Source: Anolis carolinensis
Lineage: Eukaryota
Direction: 5' to 3'
NCBI RefSeq assembly: GCF_035594765.1
Contig: NC_085846.1
Location: 100,241,190-100,305,189 of the forward strand
Length of the DNA stretch: 64,000 nucleotides
Shown here: one piece after another, positions 26,672 through 38,330 of the stretch
Position numbering within the stretch: position 1 is the stretch's first letter
Layout of the letters: every line of letters begins with the position of its first letter
Made by a program: the position numbers and the translations under genes
The notes under the pieces: model-generated
Told to the model about the DNA's origin: nothing
Database searches by the model: none
The model's input: the letters and a program-made list of their open reading frames with translations, nothing else

Positions 26672-26825
26672 GGTGTGAACATTCCACAGATGTATAAACC
26701 TCACTTGACTAGTTTCCAACAGACCTCACAACCTCTGAGGACGCCTGCCATAGATGTGGGTGAAACGTCAGGAAAGAATGCTTCTGGAACATGACCATAC
26801 AGCCCAGAAAGCTCATAGCAACCCA
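26672..26825 (+). mobile_element. Penelope-like element terminal-repeat fragment
   Basis: cacaacctctgagga..gcc..gaaacgtcagga...ccatacagccc...agcaaccca; shares sequence with 53495-53592. Confidence 0.8.
26732..26772 (+). ncRNA. Minimal type I hammerhead ribozyme motif (Penelope-borne, possibly degenerate)
   Basis: CCU-CUGAGGA-C-GCCUGC/cauagau/GUGGGU-GAAAC-GUC-AGG: stem I, CUGANGA, stem II, GAAA, GUC site. Confidence 0.65.
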
Positions 26826-29800
26826 GGCAGTAGGCTGTTAGGAACTGTGGGAGTCCAAAACACCTGGAGGGCCCAAGTTTGCCTATGCCTGGTCTACACT
26901 TTATATTGCAGTATAGATCCAGCTAAATATCTACGAGTAATAAATATAATCCTCTCTATTGATCTACACTGCCATATAATCCAGTTCCTGAGTGCAGATT
27001 AACTACTTTGAACTAGATTATCTGAGTCCACATCGCCATATAATCCAATTCAATCTACATTCAGAAACTGGATTACATGGCAGTGTAGATGGGGTCTCAG
27101 TTAACCGGAACTCTCAAGTGATTGGGGGGGGGGGGGATCATACTTTTGTCGTTATTTGTCTTAATTTGCTTTTCAGTACAATATTTCAATATTAATATCA
27201 AGCCAGTGATAAGAAAATGGCATAAACCAAAAAATACCTCTATAACATATTGTAAATCTCTTGTGTTTTGGGGAGCATAGGATTACATGCCAAATAAGTG
27301 AATATCAAACCAGCCCAAACTGGACTTGTTTCGGAGATCACTCTCTTGAGGACCGAGAGGAAAAATACAAGATACATCCATTTTTAGTTTAGTTTCCATC
27401 CACAAAAAGATCGCTTGGCCCTAAAACATTTTTCCTTTGATTATGATACAGTTTTTATGCAATCTTACTCATTTCCATGATATATGTAATGCAGGCAAAT
27501 ACTTTTAGCCCAAACATGTTTCTTTGGGAACATGATCTTCTGCACGCCTAAATATGAAATATGTATCTCATTAATCTTAAATAACATTCAGTAATTAGAC
27601 AAGGATTGTGCAGATACTGAAGCTGCATTTTTAGTCCTTTCTCCCCAGAAACGTAAAGGGCAGCAATGCCATAATGTTTAAAGTTAAAATACACACACAC
27701 CCCACCGGATCCCAACACTCATAATTTTATTTGTAGAGTTCATAGTAAAGCATCTTTTTCCTCCTACAAACACTTATTTATCATGTTGCCGAGGCTGTAA
27801 CCCCATGACTGGCACAAATGCATTTTAGGATGGAAGCCTTGATTCCGAAGCCTCGCCATCTGCTTTGCTTATGGCTTCATGCTGATTGATTTTCATATGG
27901 AAAGAACATCAAAGAGATCATGACGGGACATTCCCTTTCAAGGCATTCCCAGAATCCTCGGCTTTTTTCTTTCCTGCAGAAGACTCCAGCAAGAATGCCA
28001 ATTAGGGCCAATGGCAAAGATGGTTGTAACATGTACAAAAGATCACAATGTACCCTTCTGGAGGTTGCATTTCTGAAACAGTACTGAATTTCAGATTTCA
28101 GTGTGTTGGTGGAACAACTTTCATCCACTCTTTTGAACTAGTGGAAGACCTACAGATGAAATTGCTGGATTTTGGGTTCTAGTGAGTAGATGGTGAATTA
28201 TAACATTTATCTCTGTATAATGAGAAGCTTATTTGCTAATTTTTCCAAATCAAATCACTGTTAAAAGAACTGCCCTTAAAGGTCAGCTGAAAAGCCAGCA
28301 GAAAGTCCTAATTCTAGCAGGGCTGACCCTGTCATTCAACACTATAGTATCTACACTGTAGAATTAAAGCAGTTCGACTCTACTTTAACAGCCATGGTTC
28401 TGTTCAGTGGAATAATGGGAATTGTAGTTTTACAATGCCTTTCATTTTCTCTGCTAAAAAGTGCTGGTGCCTCACCACACTACCCATGATTCTGTAGCAT
28501 TGAGCCCAGGCAGTTAAAGTGGTATCAACCTTGACTCATGCTACAATCCAGACACATCCAGAATAAAAAACCTGCTTTCCATAGCATATTTTGAGTATTT
28601 CTAATGAAAAAGAAACAGATTGTTTACTTTTCTATTTTTACTGCTAGAGATGAGAGGAGACCTTGGAAAGAATCTGTGAATTACATCTCCCAGGTGTAAC
28701 TCGTCTAATTTCTGGCCTTAGAGTGAACTCTACTCAACTTCAAGATTGCCTTCATAGAACTTGGAGAGGGTACTTGTTTGGTCTATGCCTCATCACTCCT
28801 AACCAGCATGGTAATATTCCATATTCTCCAAACATTTAGGTTTAGCAGAGACTGTCCCAATTGATCCACAGCTGCTTTTGAAATGTCCCAGCTTCTTTCT
28901 CCATGCTTTGTTCTCAGCTTACTTCAATTTTTGTAAAACTGAGTTCCAAGGGCAAAAGTAGACTATACTTCATTAACTCAGAAGAGAAGGAAAGGGAGTA
29001 TTTCCCATCTCTGGAGGCTCAAGCAAAAGCAAACTGCAGCAGCCTCTCCTAGCTTACCTATTCTTCCTTATGGATAACATTTTGCCATCTTGAACACGTT
29101 CTGATGTTGCCTGTTCACATGCAGGCGCGTGTTCATCTGCAAAATGTTTGAGGGTATGATTGTGACTGGAGGATTCTTGGTTTCTTTAGTCCAAACCAGT
29201 AACTTCTCAGCGGGCTGTGTTTTCCTGGCTTCCTTCCAGGTGAGCTGCCTAACCAGGGCAAGGCAGCCCACTCTTAGTTGCCTGTTGCTAGGCAGCTGGT
29301 GGCATTTTTTGCAGCGGCAGGAGCAAGCAGACTGCAGCCAGCCATTGCTAGGCAGCCGAAGCTGGTGGGGAGCCCAAAAATAAATACAGCATTGCTGGTC
29401 TGAGAAAGAGAACAAAATACAAGGGACAAAAATAAGCTGTGCAACAGTGTGTCGTTATGTAACTTGCCCTTCTTCCCCCTCTCCATCAATGAATACTTTA
29501 ATTATTTGGTTTCTTTAAACTGATCCCTTGCAGTGTTACTTCTTCCTTTCACCCATTCTTTGTCTTCTAAGTCTGACTTTTTATGTAAACGAAACATACA
29601 CAAATACCAGTCTAGACATTTTGGCGATTCTTCTTGAACAATACTGGATGGAAGAATGCTCCAACTGTCTGACACCTTCAAAAATGGATGAGAGCTAAGC
29701 AAAATCCTTTCTCAACATGGTGCTTTTCAAGCATGTCAAACTACACATCTCACCTGGAAACACAATTGTTGGCAACAGGTGCAGATATTATAGCCAATGG

Positions 29801-30083
29801 CCATGCTATCTGGGGACAGCAGCAGTTGCTGTCCAAAATATCTGTAAGAGACTAGGTTTGTGGGAATAAAAAATGCATTGAGAATGAGCCAGATAGTAAG
29901 TAAAACTCTGGTCCAAGAAAGGTAGTTGATTTTTAGCAAAACTGATTAGAAAAAAGAGCTGGAATTTCTGATTGCTGCATCTACTGTGGCTATTTGGCAA
30001 AGCTTGTAAAAGGTTGGTTTTTTTTTTTTACTAAAATTCCCAGAATCCCCTAACATCACAGACAGTGGCCATACTCTCCAGGT

Positions 30084-30218
30084 CAGTGTTTTCTGGACTA
30101 TGCTCTTCCAGGTGTTTTGGACTTCACTTCCCATAAATCCCAGACAGTTTACCAGCTATTAGGAATTGTGGGAGATGAAGTTCAAAACATCTAGAGGAGC
30201 ACAGTTTGAGAACCTCTG
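30084..30218. mobile_element. Degenerate palindromic hAT MITE
   Basis: Foldback; TSD-like ctccaggt/gcccaggt. Confidence 0.7.
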
Positions 30219-30530
30219 GCCCAGGTGATTCTGAGAACTGTAGTTTAAAAAGTAACTTTTCTCACTTCCACAGGAAGCTATGGTAAAAAGCAGAGGGATA
30301 TGTACTTCTCTCAGTATCTTCTAGGTAGCACAACTGGTCTCCATGCTAGATGAGGGATTCTGATTGCTGCATTTTTTCCAAACTCTGCTAATTGGATTGA
30401 TTGAAATCAAATAAGTTGCTTGACCAAAAGCAATGGAATCAAGTGCAAATGGATTACCAAAGGGCTTTCCTTAGTCCTTTCCCATGCTATTAAAATGAAA
30501 GCCATAATGTAGGTATCATTTTATATATTA

Positions 30531-31007
30531 CTAGCTGTGCCTAGCCACGCGTTGCTGTGGCTTGTCTGGTGGTGTTGGTGAGAACTTGTTGAGGCTGGAT
30601 GGCCATCTGTCAGGAGTGCTTGGATTGTGTCCTCCTGCATGGTAGAAGGAAGTTGATCTGGATGATCCTTAGGGGTCACTCCAAACCTTAGGATTGTATG
30701 ATGATGATGTTGTTGTTGTTGTTATTATTATTATTATTATTATTAGTAGTAGTAGTAGTAGTAGTATTGAGAGGCTGGGTGGCCATCTGTTGGGAGTGCT
30801 TGGATTGTGTCCTGCATGGCAGAATTGGGTTGGACTGGATGGCCTTTAGGGGTGTCTCCTAACTGTCTGATGCTATGATTCGATGTATATTATTATTGTG
30901 CAGATATTGGATGGCCATCTGTCAGGAGTGGTTAGATTGTGTCCTCCTGCATGATATAAGGAAGTTGAACTGGATGATCCTTAGGGGTATCTGCTAACCT
31001 TAGGATT

Positions 31008-31057
<50 letters not shown>

Positions 31058-31318
31058 GAGAGGCTGGGTGGCCATCTGTTGGGCTGAGTCGGTTGCTAGG
31101 GGACCAAGTGGGCGGAGCTTAGCCTTCTAACTGGCAGCAATTGGATAAAAACAATTATTCCTCTCCCTCTAATTAGGACTTTATTTTTCTTTTATTTTTG
31201 TTGTATGAACGTAGAGGCATGGATGAGGGGTTGTGCTGCCAAGTTTAGTGTTTCTGGGATGTGTAGTTTTGTTGTTTTGTCCTTGGCCGAAATTTCATTA
31301 CCCTTTTATATATATAGA
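30531..31318 (-). mobile_element. Non-autonomous Helitron carrying tandem CR1 3' fragments and microsatellites
   Basis: Minus strand: 5' TC, 3' CTAG, inserted between A and T, no TSD; subterminal hairpin GCCAC..GTGGC at 30544-30561. Confidence 0.85.
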
Positions 31319-31788
31319 TAAACGGATGGGTCATTAGTGTTGCAGGATTTGGGACTGTTTACTAATCATTATCTGCTTTTGATGAAGGGAAGCTACCTGG
31401 GACTATTAATGAGCTATCTGCCTACTGTTGGAATGCACCAGCTATTTAGCAATCCTAATGAGATCCTTTGACAACCCCTTAGGAATATATTATGTGTCCA
31501 TTAGGAGCTAGGGTCAGTCCTGCCAGTGAACCTTCCCAGGGATTTCAGAGCTCCTTTCAACATGACAGCACAGCAATGAGACCTCCAGCCCAGCTATAGT
31601 TAAAACATTGGTATAATCTTCACATATTGGCAAATATGTAACGCTTTGTTCAGAAAATATATTTTAGCACTACATAGGACAGATATCCAGCTCCAGAAAC
31701 ACTGAAAGAGTTATTAATATATATGAATGTGATATGGTTACATTACCATTACATTATGGCCATAATTATTAGAAGCAAATTAACATTA

Positions 31789-32017
31789 AGAGCCAATGTG
31801 GTGTAGTGGTTTGAGTATTGAACTATGACTCTCAAGACCAAAGTCTGAAACCTCATTTGGCCATTTAACCCACTGTGTGACTTTACGCAAGTCACACTCT
31901 CTTGGCTTCAGGGGCAAGGGCAAACTCTCTCTGAATAAATCTTGCCAACAAACCCTTGCGATAGAGTCACCCTAGGGTCATCGTAAGTCAGAAACAACTT
32001 GAAGTCACACAACAACA
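31789..32017 (+). mobile_element. tRNA-derived SINE with (CAA)n tail; related copies at ~17555-17750, 50320-50531 (-), 55249-55450 (-)
   Basis: A-box tggtgtagtggt; tail taagtcagaaacaacttgaagtcacacaacaac. Confidence 0.75.
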
Positions 32018-34601
32018 GTAACGTTATCTGTTATTAACAAGACAAAAAGATGTTACAAAGGGGACATTTTTTTGCTGTATAACAAAGGTGCTCTCCTTAT
32101 CTCAGAAATGAATCCAACTCAATTTCTACAGTAATCAATCCCATCTTAGTCAGTTATTGCCTCTCAATGCACAATGAGGGCTGCGTCTTAATTACCGTGA
32201 AAAGCTTCCTTACACTTGAAAAGATGGATAACTCCCTGGGGAAAATATAATGGCTGCATTATGGGAAGATACTTTGGTTCAGCCCTTCAACTACACACAT
32301 AGATCACGTCTTCTTATGGTCAAGGACATTTTGATTCTCCAGACTAAGAATCCCCATAGCAATGCCTCCCAGTAATTAAGCCCCTTATTCTTTTGAGATG
32401 GTTTGCACCCCTCCTCCTGTGCAACATCCAGCTGTTCTCCCCCCCCCCCCCCGCCGCCCCCAATTGAACAGCAGCTTGGATATATCTCCCCTCCATTTAC
32501 ACACTGATGGATTAGGGTTAGCGTGCCAAAGATAAATTGGATTAGACTTTGGCTGATCATGCAGAACTGCTATTATACAGTGATCGTTCTACATTCCTGC
32601 ATACATTAGATACAACACAGGAAATGCTTCTATTGAGAAATGAAATAAATATCCACAGACTCCAACTGAGATTGTTGCAATTTCCTGTCCTTGTTCCTAG
32701 ATCATCCTTCCCTGATATCACTCTTCCCAAACTGCTACCCTCCAGGTGTATTGAATTACAGTTTCCACAAACTCGCAAATAGCTCCACTCTGAATTGTTA
32801 AACACAACCTCACACTGAAGGGTTTTATAGGAGTTTCACAAACTCCAGTACAGATTGAGCATCCCTTACCCAGAATTTTGAAATATCTCCAAAACCAACA
32901 TTGACCACATGGGTGGCTGAAATAGGAACACTTTTACCTTCTAATGGTTTACTGTATGCAAACTTTGTTTTGCTTACAATATTATTTTTTTAAAAATCTT
33001 GTATAAAATTACCCCCAGGCTCTATAAAGTTTCTGTAAAACATAAAGGAAACCTGCATTTAGACTTGGGTCTCATCATATACATAAGTACAAGTCTTTCA
33101 AAATCTAAAACACTTCTGGTCCCAAGCTTTTCCCAAGGGTTATCCAGCCTATATTCACTTAACAAAGTAAAACAACAACAATATATTAAGACGGCCCTGC
33201 TGATATTCAAGTATAATTTACTTGAGGACAGAAATAAGAGAAAATCTCTTGTTTTCACCTACAGTTTTCTGCTGCAACTACTCAAACCAATCACTACTGA
33301 GGCACAGTCAGTCCTGGACAAAGGGACTCGAGTAGGAAGTCTGTGCTTGCTGACAGACAATCCTTAACTACCTTGGTCATTAACAGCAGCGTGCTATGCA
33401 AAAGAAAGATGTAAATCCAGGAGCCAGATTCTGTAACAGTGTACAATTAATGCAGTTTGACACCACTATAATTGCCATGGCTCAATGCAATGGAATGCTG
33501 GGATTCATAATTTGGAGAGCCAGCAATACTATTTGGCGGAGAAGGCTAAAGACCTCGTAAAATTACAATTCCTATGGTTCAAAAGCATTGAGCCATTGCA
33601 GTTAAAGTGGTGTCAAACTGCATCAATGCTACAGGTGCAGATGCACCCGAAATCAGACATGGCCATACTGATACAGAACCCAATGACACCCAAACATCAG
33701 TGTATCCTCTTTGCTGATAGAGATCACAGATATTCTGTTCTTATGTCATTCGTTCCTACCAGTTGTTAGGAATTGTGGGAGTTAAAGTCCAAAACACCTG
33801 GAGGGCCAAAGTTTGCCCAGGCTAGCTCTAGGACCCCAACCACCACAACCTGGCATTGTTTAGTGAGAAACCTCCCAATACTTACTTAGGCAGGCCCATA
33901 CATGGAAGATATGCAGCTCACATCACAACCAGGAATGTAAACCTTACGACGTTGGTAAAATCTGCAAGCGACTGTAAACATTTTCCAATGGCATTGTTTT
34001 CGGGAGAGCAGGGTTACTTTTATGGCCTGTGTTCAGAGAGGATGCATTGAAACAGACACTTGAAAGTTTGGATAATACTTCCTGCATCTCATGGAATGGC
34101 CAATAATCCACAAAATGACTGTAAAGTCGGGTAAAATATTATTACGGAATAAGCAAGCTTAGTATACAAAAGAAGAGACACTTGTGAGTCACAAGTGACT
34201 CAACTGTTCGCTTTTAAATATTTAATTTAAAAGATTTATTAATTTCTTCATCTCCAATTTAGTCGAAAGATAACTAGGTTATGTAAGTGTCATTCAACAG
34301 GCATACTTTATTAATATTTCATTATCGTGACTCAGTTCAGTTAATACTACCGTGAAATGCTGAGGAGCCTCTGTAAATCCCAAAAGAAATCTCCTAAATT
34401 GTAAAGGGGGAGAAAAAGTTTATTTCGTGTCAAAAGCATTGCAAAAAATAAACAAGTATAAATACAGACAATGCGGCTAAATCATTTTAGACCAAAAACG
34501 GGCAACAGCAACCGCATTGTCTGTATCTTTAAAGCAGGCATGGGCAAACTTGGGCCCTCCAGGTGTTTTGGACTTTAACTCCCACAATTTCTAACAGCGT
34601 T

Positions 34602-35049
34602 CCCTATGTAGACTTGTCCACAGCTGCATGGTATATGGCAGACTCCTGCAGAGGTGAGAGGATCCCTCTTGTCTTTTGCTGGACGTAGCATTTGTTGGAT
34701 TTTCTTAGTGGGTCTGTAGATAGTTTGTAGGTTGTGTTTCTTCATCTGCTTCCCTATGCAGTCAGTAGTTCCCTTGATGTACAATAAGAACACTTTTCCT
34801 CTGAGTGGATCCTTGTCTTTACTCTTTTGACTTTATTTCCCCAGGATATTATTGCGTGCAGCTACTTTGTACTTGATGTTTGCACAGTGTTTCCTAAATG
34901 CTAGTGTTCGATCTAAGGTGATGCTGAAATACTTGATGATTTCAATGGCTTCTGTGTGTAGTCTGACATGGTGGTTGTTAGAATGGTCTAGCATTTCTGT
35001 GTTCTCCAATAATATGCTTCGTCCAGGTTGGTTCATCAAGTGCTCTGCT
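34602..35049 (-). mobile_element. Penelope GIY-YIG endonuclease fragments interleaved with a Vingi-like RT fragment (34836-34933)
   Basis: GVCHIPCSCGQVYIG and EHLMNQPG...EAIEI (GIY-YIG); KYFSITLDRTLAFRKHC...AARNNIL (non-LTR RT thumb). Confidence 0.8.
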
Positions 35050-35826
35050 ATTTATTTATTTATTTACAGTATTTATATTCCGCCCTTCTCACCCCGAAGG
35101 GGAGTCAGAGTGGATTACAATGCACATATACATGGCAAACGTTCAATGCCATTATTTATTTATTTATTTATTTATTTGCGACATTTATATACCGCCCTTC
35201 TCACCCCGAAGAGGACTCAGGGCGGTTTACAAGTATATATACATACAATATATTATATTATACAACTATATCGCAATATTATTAGTAATATTGCATGTAA
35301 TATAAATATACAATTATAATAGTGAATTATAATTATTATTACATTGTATTACGTCATAATATTATTAATATTACATGTATATACAATGTATTATAATATT
35401 AGTATAGTATAATATTATTATATATCATTATATAATTATTAGACATACAACATATAGACAGACACAGAGGCAATTTAACATTTTTCCAGCTTCTGGCTTC
35501 ATGAGGTTATGCTCGATTCCGGCCACAGGGGGAGCTGCCGCTTCATTGTCCACTTGTGACTTTGATGGCAGTATTTCCTCATTCTTCTGCTCGCTACTGG
35601 CAGATTTTATGGTGTCTTAAATTAACTTAAATTAATCTCCCTGCATAAGTGGTACCTAGAATTTTCTACTCAACAGATGAAACTGTTTTTCAAGCTGCTT
35701 AGGTGGACAGCGAGCTAGGCGATTTAATGGTCGGGAGCTCAATCCCACCCAAGGCTTCGATCTCATGTCATCTCGGTCAGTAGTGATTTATTGCTGGCTA
35801 ATAACCAGCTGCGCCACAGCCCGGCT
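35050..35826 (-). mobile_element. Sauria-SINE-related element with LINE-type (TAAA)n tail and a nested AT-rich element (35152-35440)
   Basis: tRNA-like head gctgtggcgcagctggtt; core acctaagcagcttgaaaa...gagtagaaaattctaggtacc; gctat duplicated at both ends. Confidence 0.75.
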
Positions 35827-36090
35827 ATGGCTGACTTCTCTGGTTGAGTTAGTCTGCAGTGCCTGTCATGTTCCCTGATTCGTGTTTGGGCAATTTGTGA
35901 CGCCAAGATATTTCGGATGGGAACAGAGTATGAGCTCTTGGCCTTCCCAGGTAACTTTCAATTTCCTGTTGGCTTCATGGTTGCGAAGCACACACTTGTG
36001 TCTTTCTTGGCAGGATTAGGCTTCAGGTGGTTATCTTTCTAGTAGCTGGAGAGATCTTTCAGGGCATTAGTAAGTTGGCTTTCGACGCTG
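35827..36090 (-). mobile_element. Vingi-like RT fragment fused to a Penelope endonuclease fragment
   Basis: VESQLTNALKDLSSY...NRKLKVTWEGQELILCSHPKYLGVT followed by AQTRIREHDRHCRLTQPEKSAIA. Confidence 0.75.
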
Positions 36091-36269
36091 CCAGTCATTT
36101 GCTTGTGTTGTTTGACCAATGTCATCAGAAGAGAGAACACTCTCCATTTGCAATGATGGCTCCCAACCACTTGATGGCGCTTCACACTTAAGATATATAG
36201 TGTTCTTTGCAGGCAGGAAGCCACCTAGTTGGGAACATTAAAAAGGGAGGGGGGGGAGAGAGAGGAAGA

Positions 36270-36360
36270 AACGGTTGTCATGGTAGCCAGGATGTCAGAG
36301 ACCGGAAGCACTAGCATATGGACTACATTTCCCAGAAGGCACCGGAATAGGCGGGGCCAG
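36270..36360 (+). promoter_or_regulatory. ACBD5 core promoter: X-box (36274-36287), ETS CCGGAAG (36302-36308), SBS ACTACATTTCCCAGAAGGCA (36322-36341), GC box GGCGGGG (36350-36356)
   Basis: Dense cluster of housekeeping-promoter motifs directly upstream of a splice donor and ~4 kb before the first ACBD5 coding exon. Confidence 0.75.
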
Positions 36361-36446
36361 AACGAGTGCATAGCTGCTGTTAGAAGACATTAACAGAAAG
36401 CAAAGCCTGGCTGTGGGCAAAGGTTAGTGCAGTCTGCGGCTTCAAG
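36361..36446 (+). other. ACBD5: Putative non-coding first exon of ACBD5 (5' end approximate)
   Basis: Follows the promoter motifs; donor AAG|GTAGGA at 36446/36447 (alternative AAG|GTTAGT at 36422); no in-frame ATG. Confidence 0.5.
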
Positions 36447-38082
36447 GTAGGAACGACAGTCTGTGTTCTTCTGTTGGCGATCTGTCATATTTAGGAAGTG
36501 AAGCAAAGTGAAGTGGAGGCTTAGCTTTCCATCAAAGTTACTGGCTTCTTGGCCTGCTTCTTTTTACTACAGGAAGTTGGGGGAAATAATAGATTTACTG
36601 TTGTTTGTCCTTGCAACTGTCATGTTCTGTCTGCACTTGGCGGTCGGGTATGTCTTAGGGCCCATTTGGGTGCATCTACACTGTAGACTTGACGCAGTTT
36701 GACACCACTTTGACTGCCATGGCTCAATGCTATGGAATCATGGGAGTTGTAGTTTTATAAGGTGTATACTATAGCAGGCCTGGGCAAACTTGGGCCCTCC
36801 AGGTGTTTTGGACTGCAACTCCCACAATTCCTAACAGCCGGTAGGCTGTTAGGAATTGTGGGAGTTGTAGTCCAAAACACCTGGAGGGCCCAAGTTTGCC
36901 CAGGCCTGTACTATATACCCCCAATTCCAACTACAAATCCCATCATTCCACAGCATTGAACCATGCCAGTTAAAGCGGTGTCAAACATTCATTCTACCAT
37001 TCAGATAGATCCTTTTTTGTTCTCTCCATTTCCAGAAGAGTATGGTAATAATAAGTTACAATCGGAGTGTTGTGGGGACAGGAATTAATTAACGATGTTT
37101 AAAATAGCTTTGCACTGCAAGAATAGAGTAGGTCAAATTGTTGGGAAGTTGTTTTGACTAGTTTCCAGTTTAATGAGGAGCTTGTTCATAGTAAGTTGCC
37201 CAGAGAGACTGTTCTACTCATAATGAGGTGTCAGTAAGGATAATATATAGGTGTTGTGTTGTTTTTAATCAGCACTGTGAAGGAACTGGATGCAGAAATT
37301 GTTTAATTTCAGGGTTGATTACATGAAGAAGTGAAGATGGGTGTAAAGAGTGCATCTACATCAAGTATGGTCAAACTTGGGCCCGCCAGATGTTTTGGAC
37401 TTCAACTCCACAGTTGTGGGAGTCGAAGTCCAAAACACTTGGAGGGCCCAAGTTTTCTCATGCCTGATCTACATGGTAGAAATAATACAGTTTGACACCG
37501 CTTTCATTGCCATGGCACAGTGCTGTGGTATTATTGCGCTTGTAGCTTTACAAGGCCTTTGGACTCTTTTCAAAAAAGCGCTGATGCCTCACCAAACTAC
37601 AAATCTCAGTATTCCATGGCATTTAAAGTGGTATTAAAGGGCATTAATTCTACAGTGTAGATGCACCCAATGTTAGATGCTGTTACGTCCCAAAAGACAA
37701 ACATTTCACTGGGCTGAGAAAGTGAAAGGTAACAGTAAATAAAGGTACCAGATCCTTTCTGATCTTGGAAACCGATCTAGCTAATCAACAAATGTCAGGT
37801 GTAGTAGGCTGTATATCAGAGGAAGGAACTAGCAGAAACTACCTCTTGAGTATTCCTTGCCTAAGAAAACCTTATGAAATACATGTAGTCATATATAAAT
37901 CAACAGGTGATGCACACACACACCATTTTATATGCAAACCTTTTCAGTACATACCATTAGCTATTCCCTGACACTTTTAAAATCCCTTTTTTGGACTCTA
38001 CAACTAGTGTAGTCAAAGAAAGGTTAAAAAAATTGTCTCCACCCATCGACATTTCTTCCATCTCTTGTTGTTAATACCACTT

Positions 38083-38330
38083 CTCAGACTAGGACACTAC
38101 AGAGCCCTGGAATCAAGCTGCAGGAAAAGAGATTCCACTTTAATATTAGGAAGAACTTCCTGATTGTAAGAACTGTTTGACAGTGGGGTATGCTGCTGCC
38201 TTGGAGCGTAGTGAAATCCCCCTCTCTGGAGATTTCTAAACAATTTGAATGGGAGCATGCTGTTCCTATATGGCGGAATGGGAGTTGGACTGGATGGCTC
38301 TTGTGGCCTCTTCCAACTCTATGATTCTTC
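38083..38330 (+). mobile_element. CR1 LINE 3' end
   Basis: Ends ggagttggactggatggctcttgtggcctcttccaactctatgattct. Confidence 0.85.
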
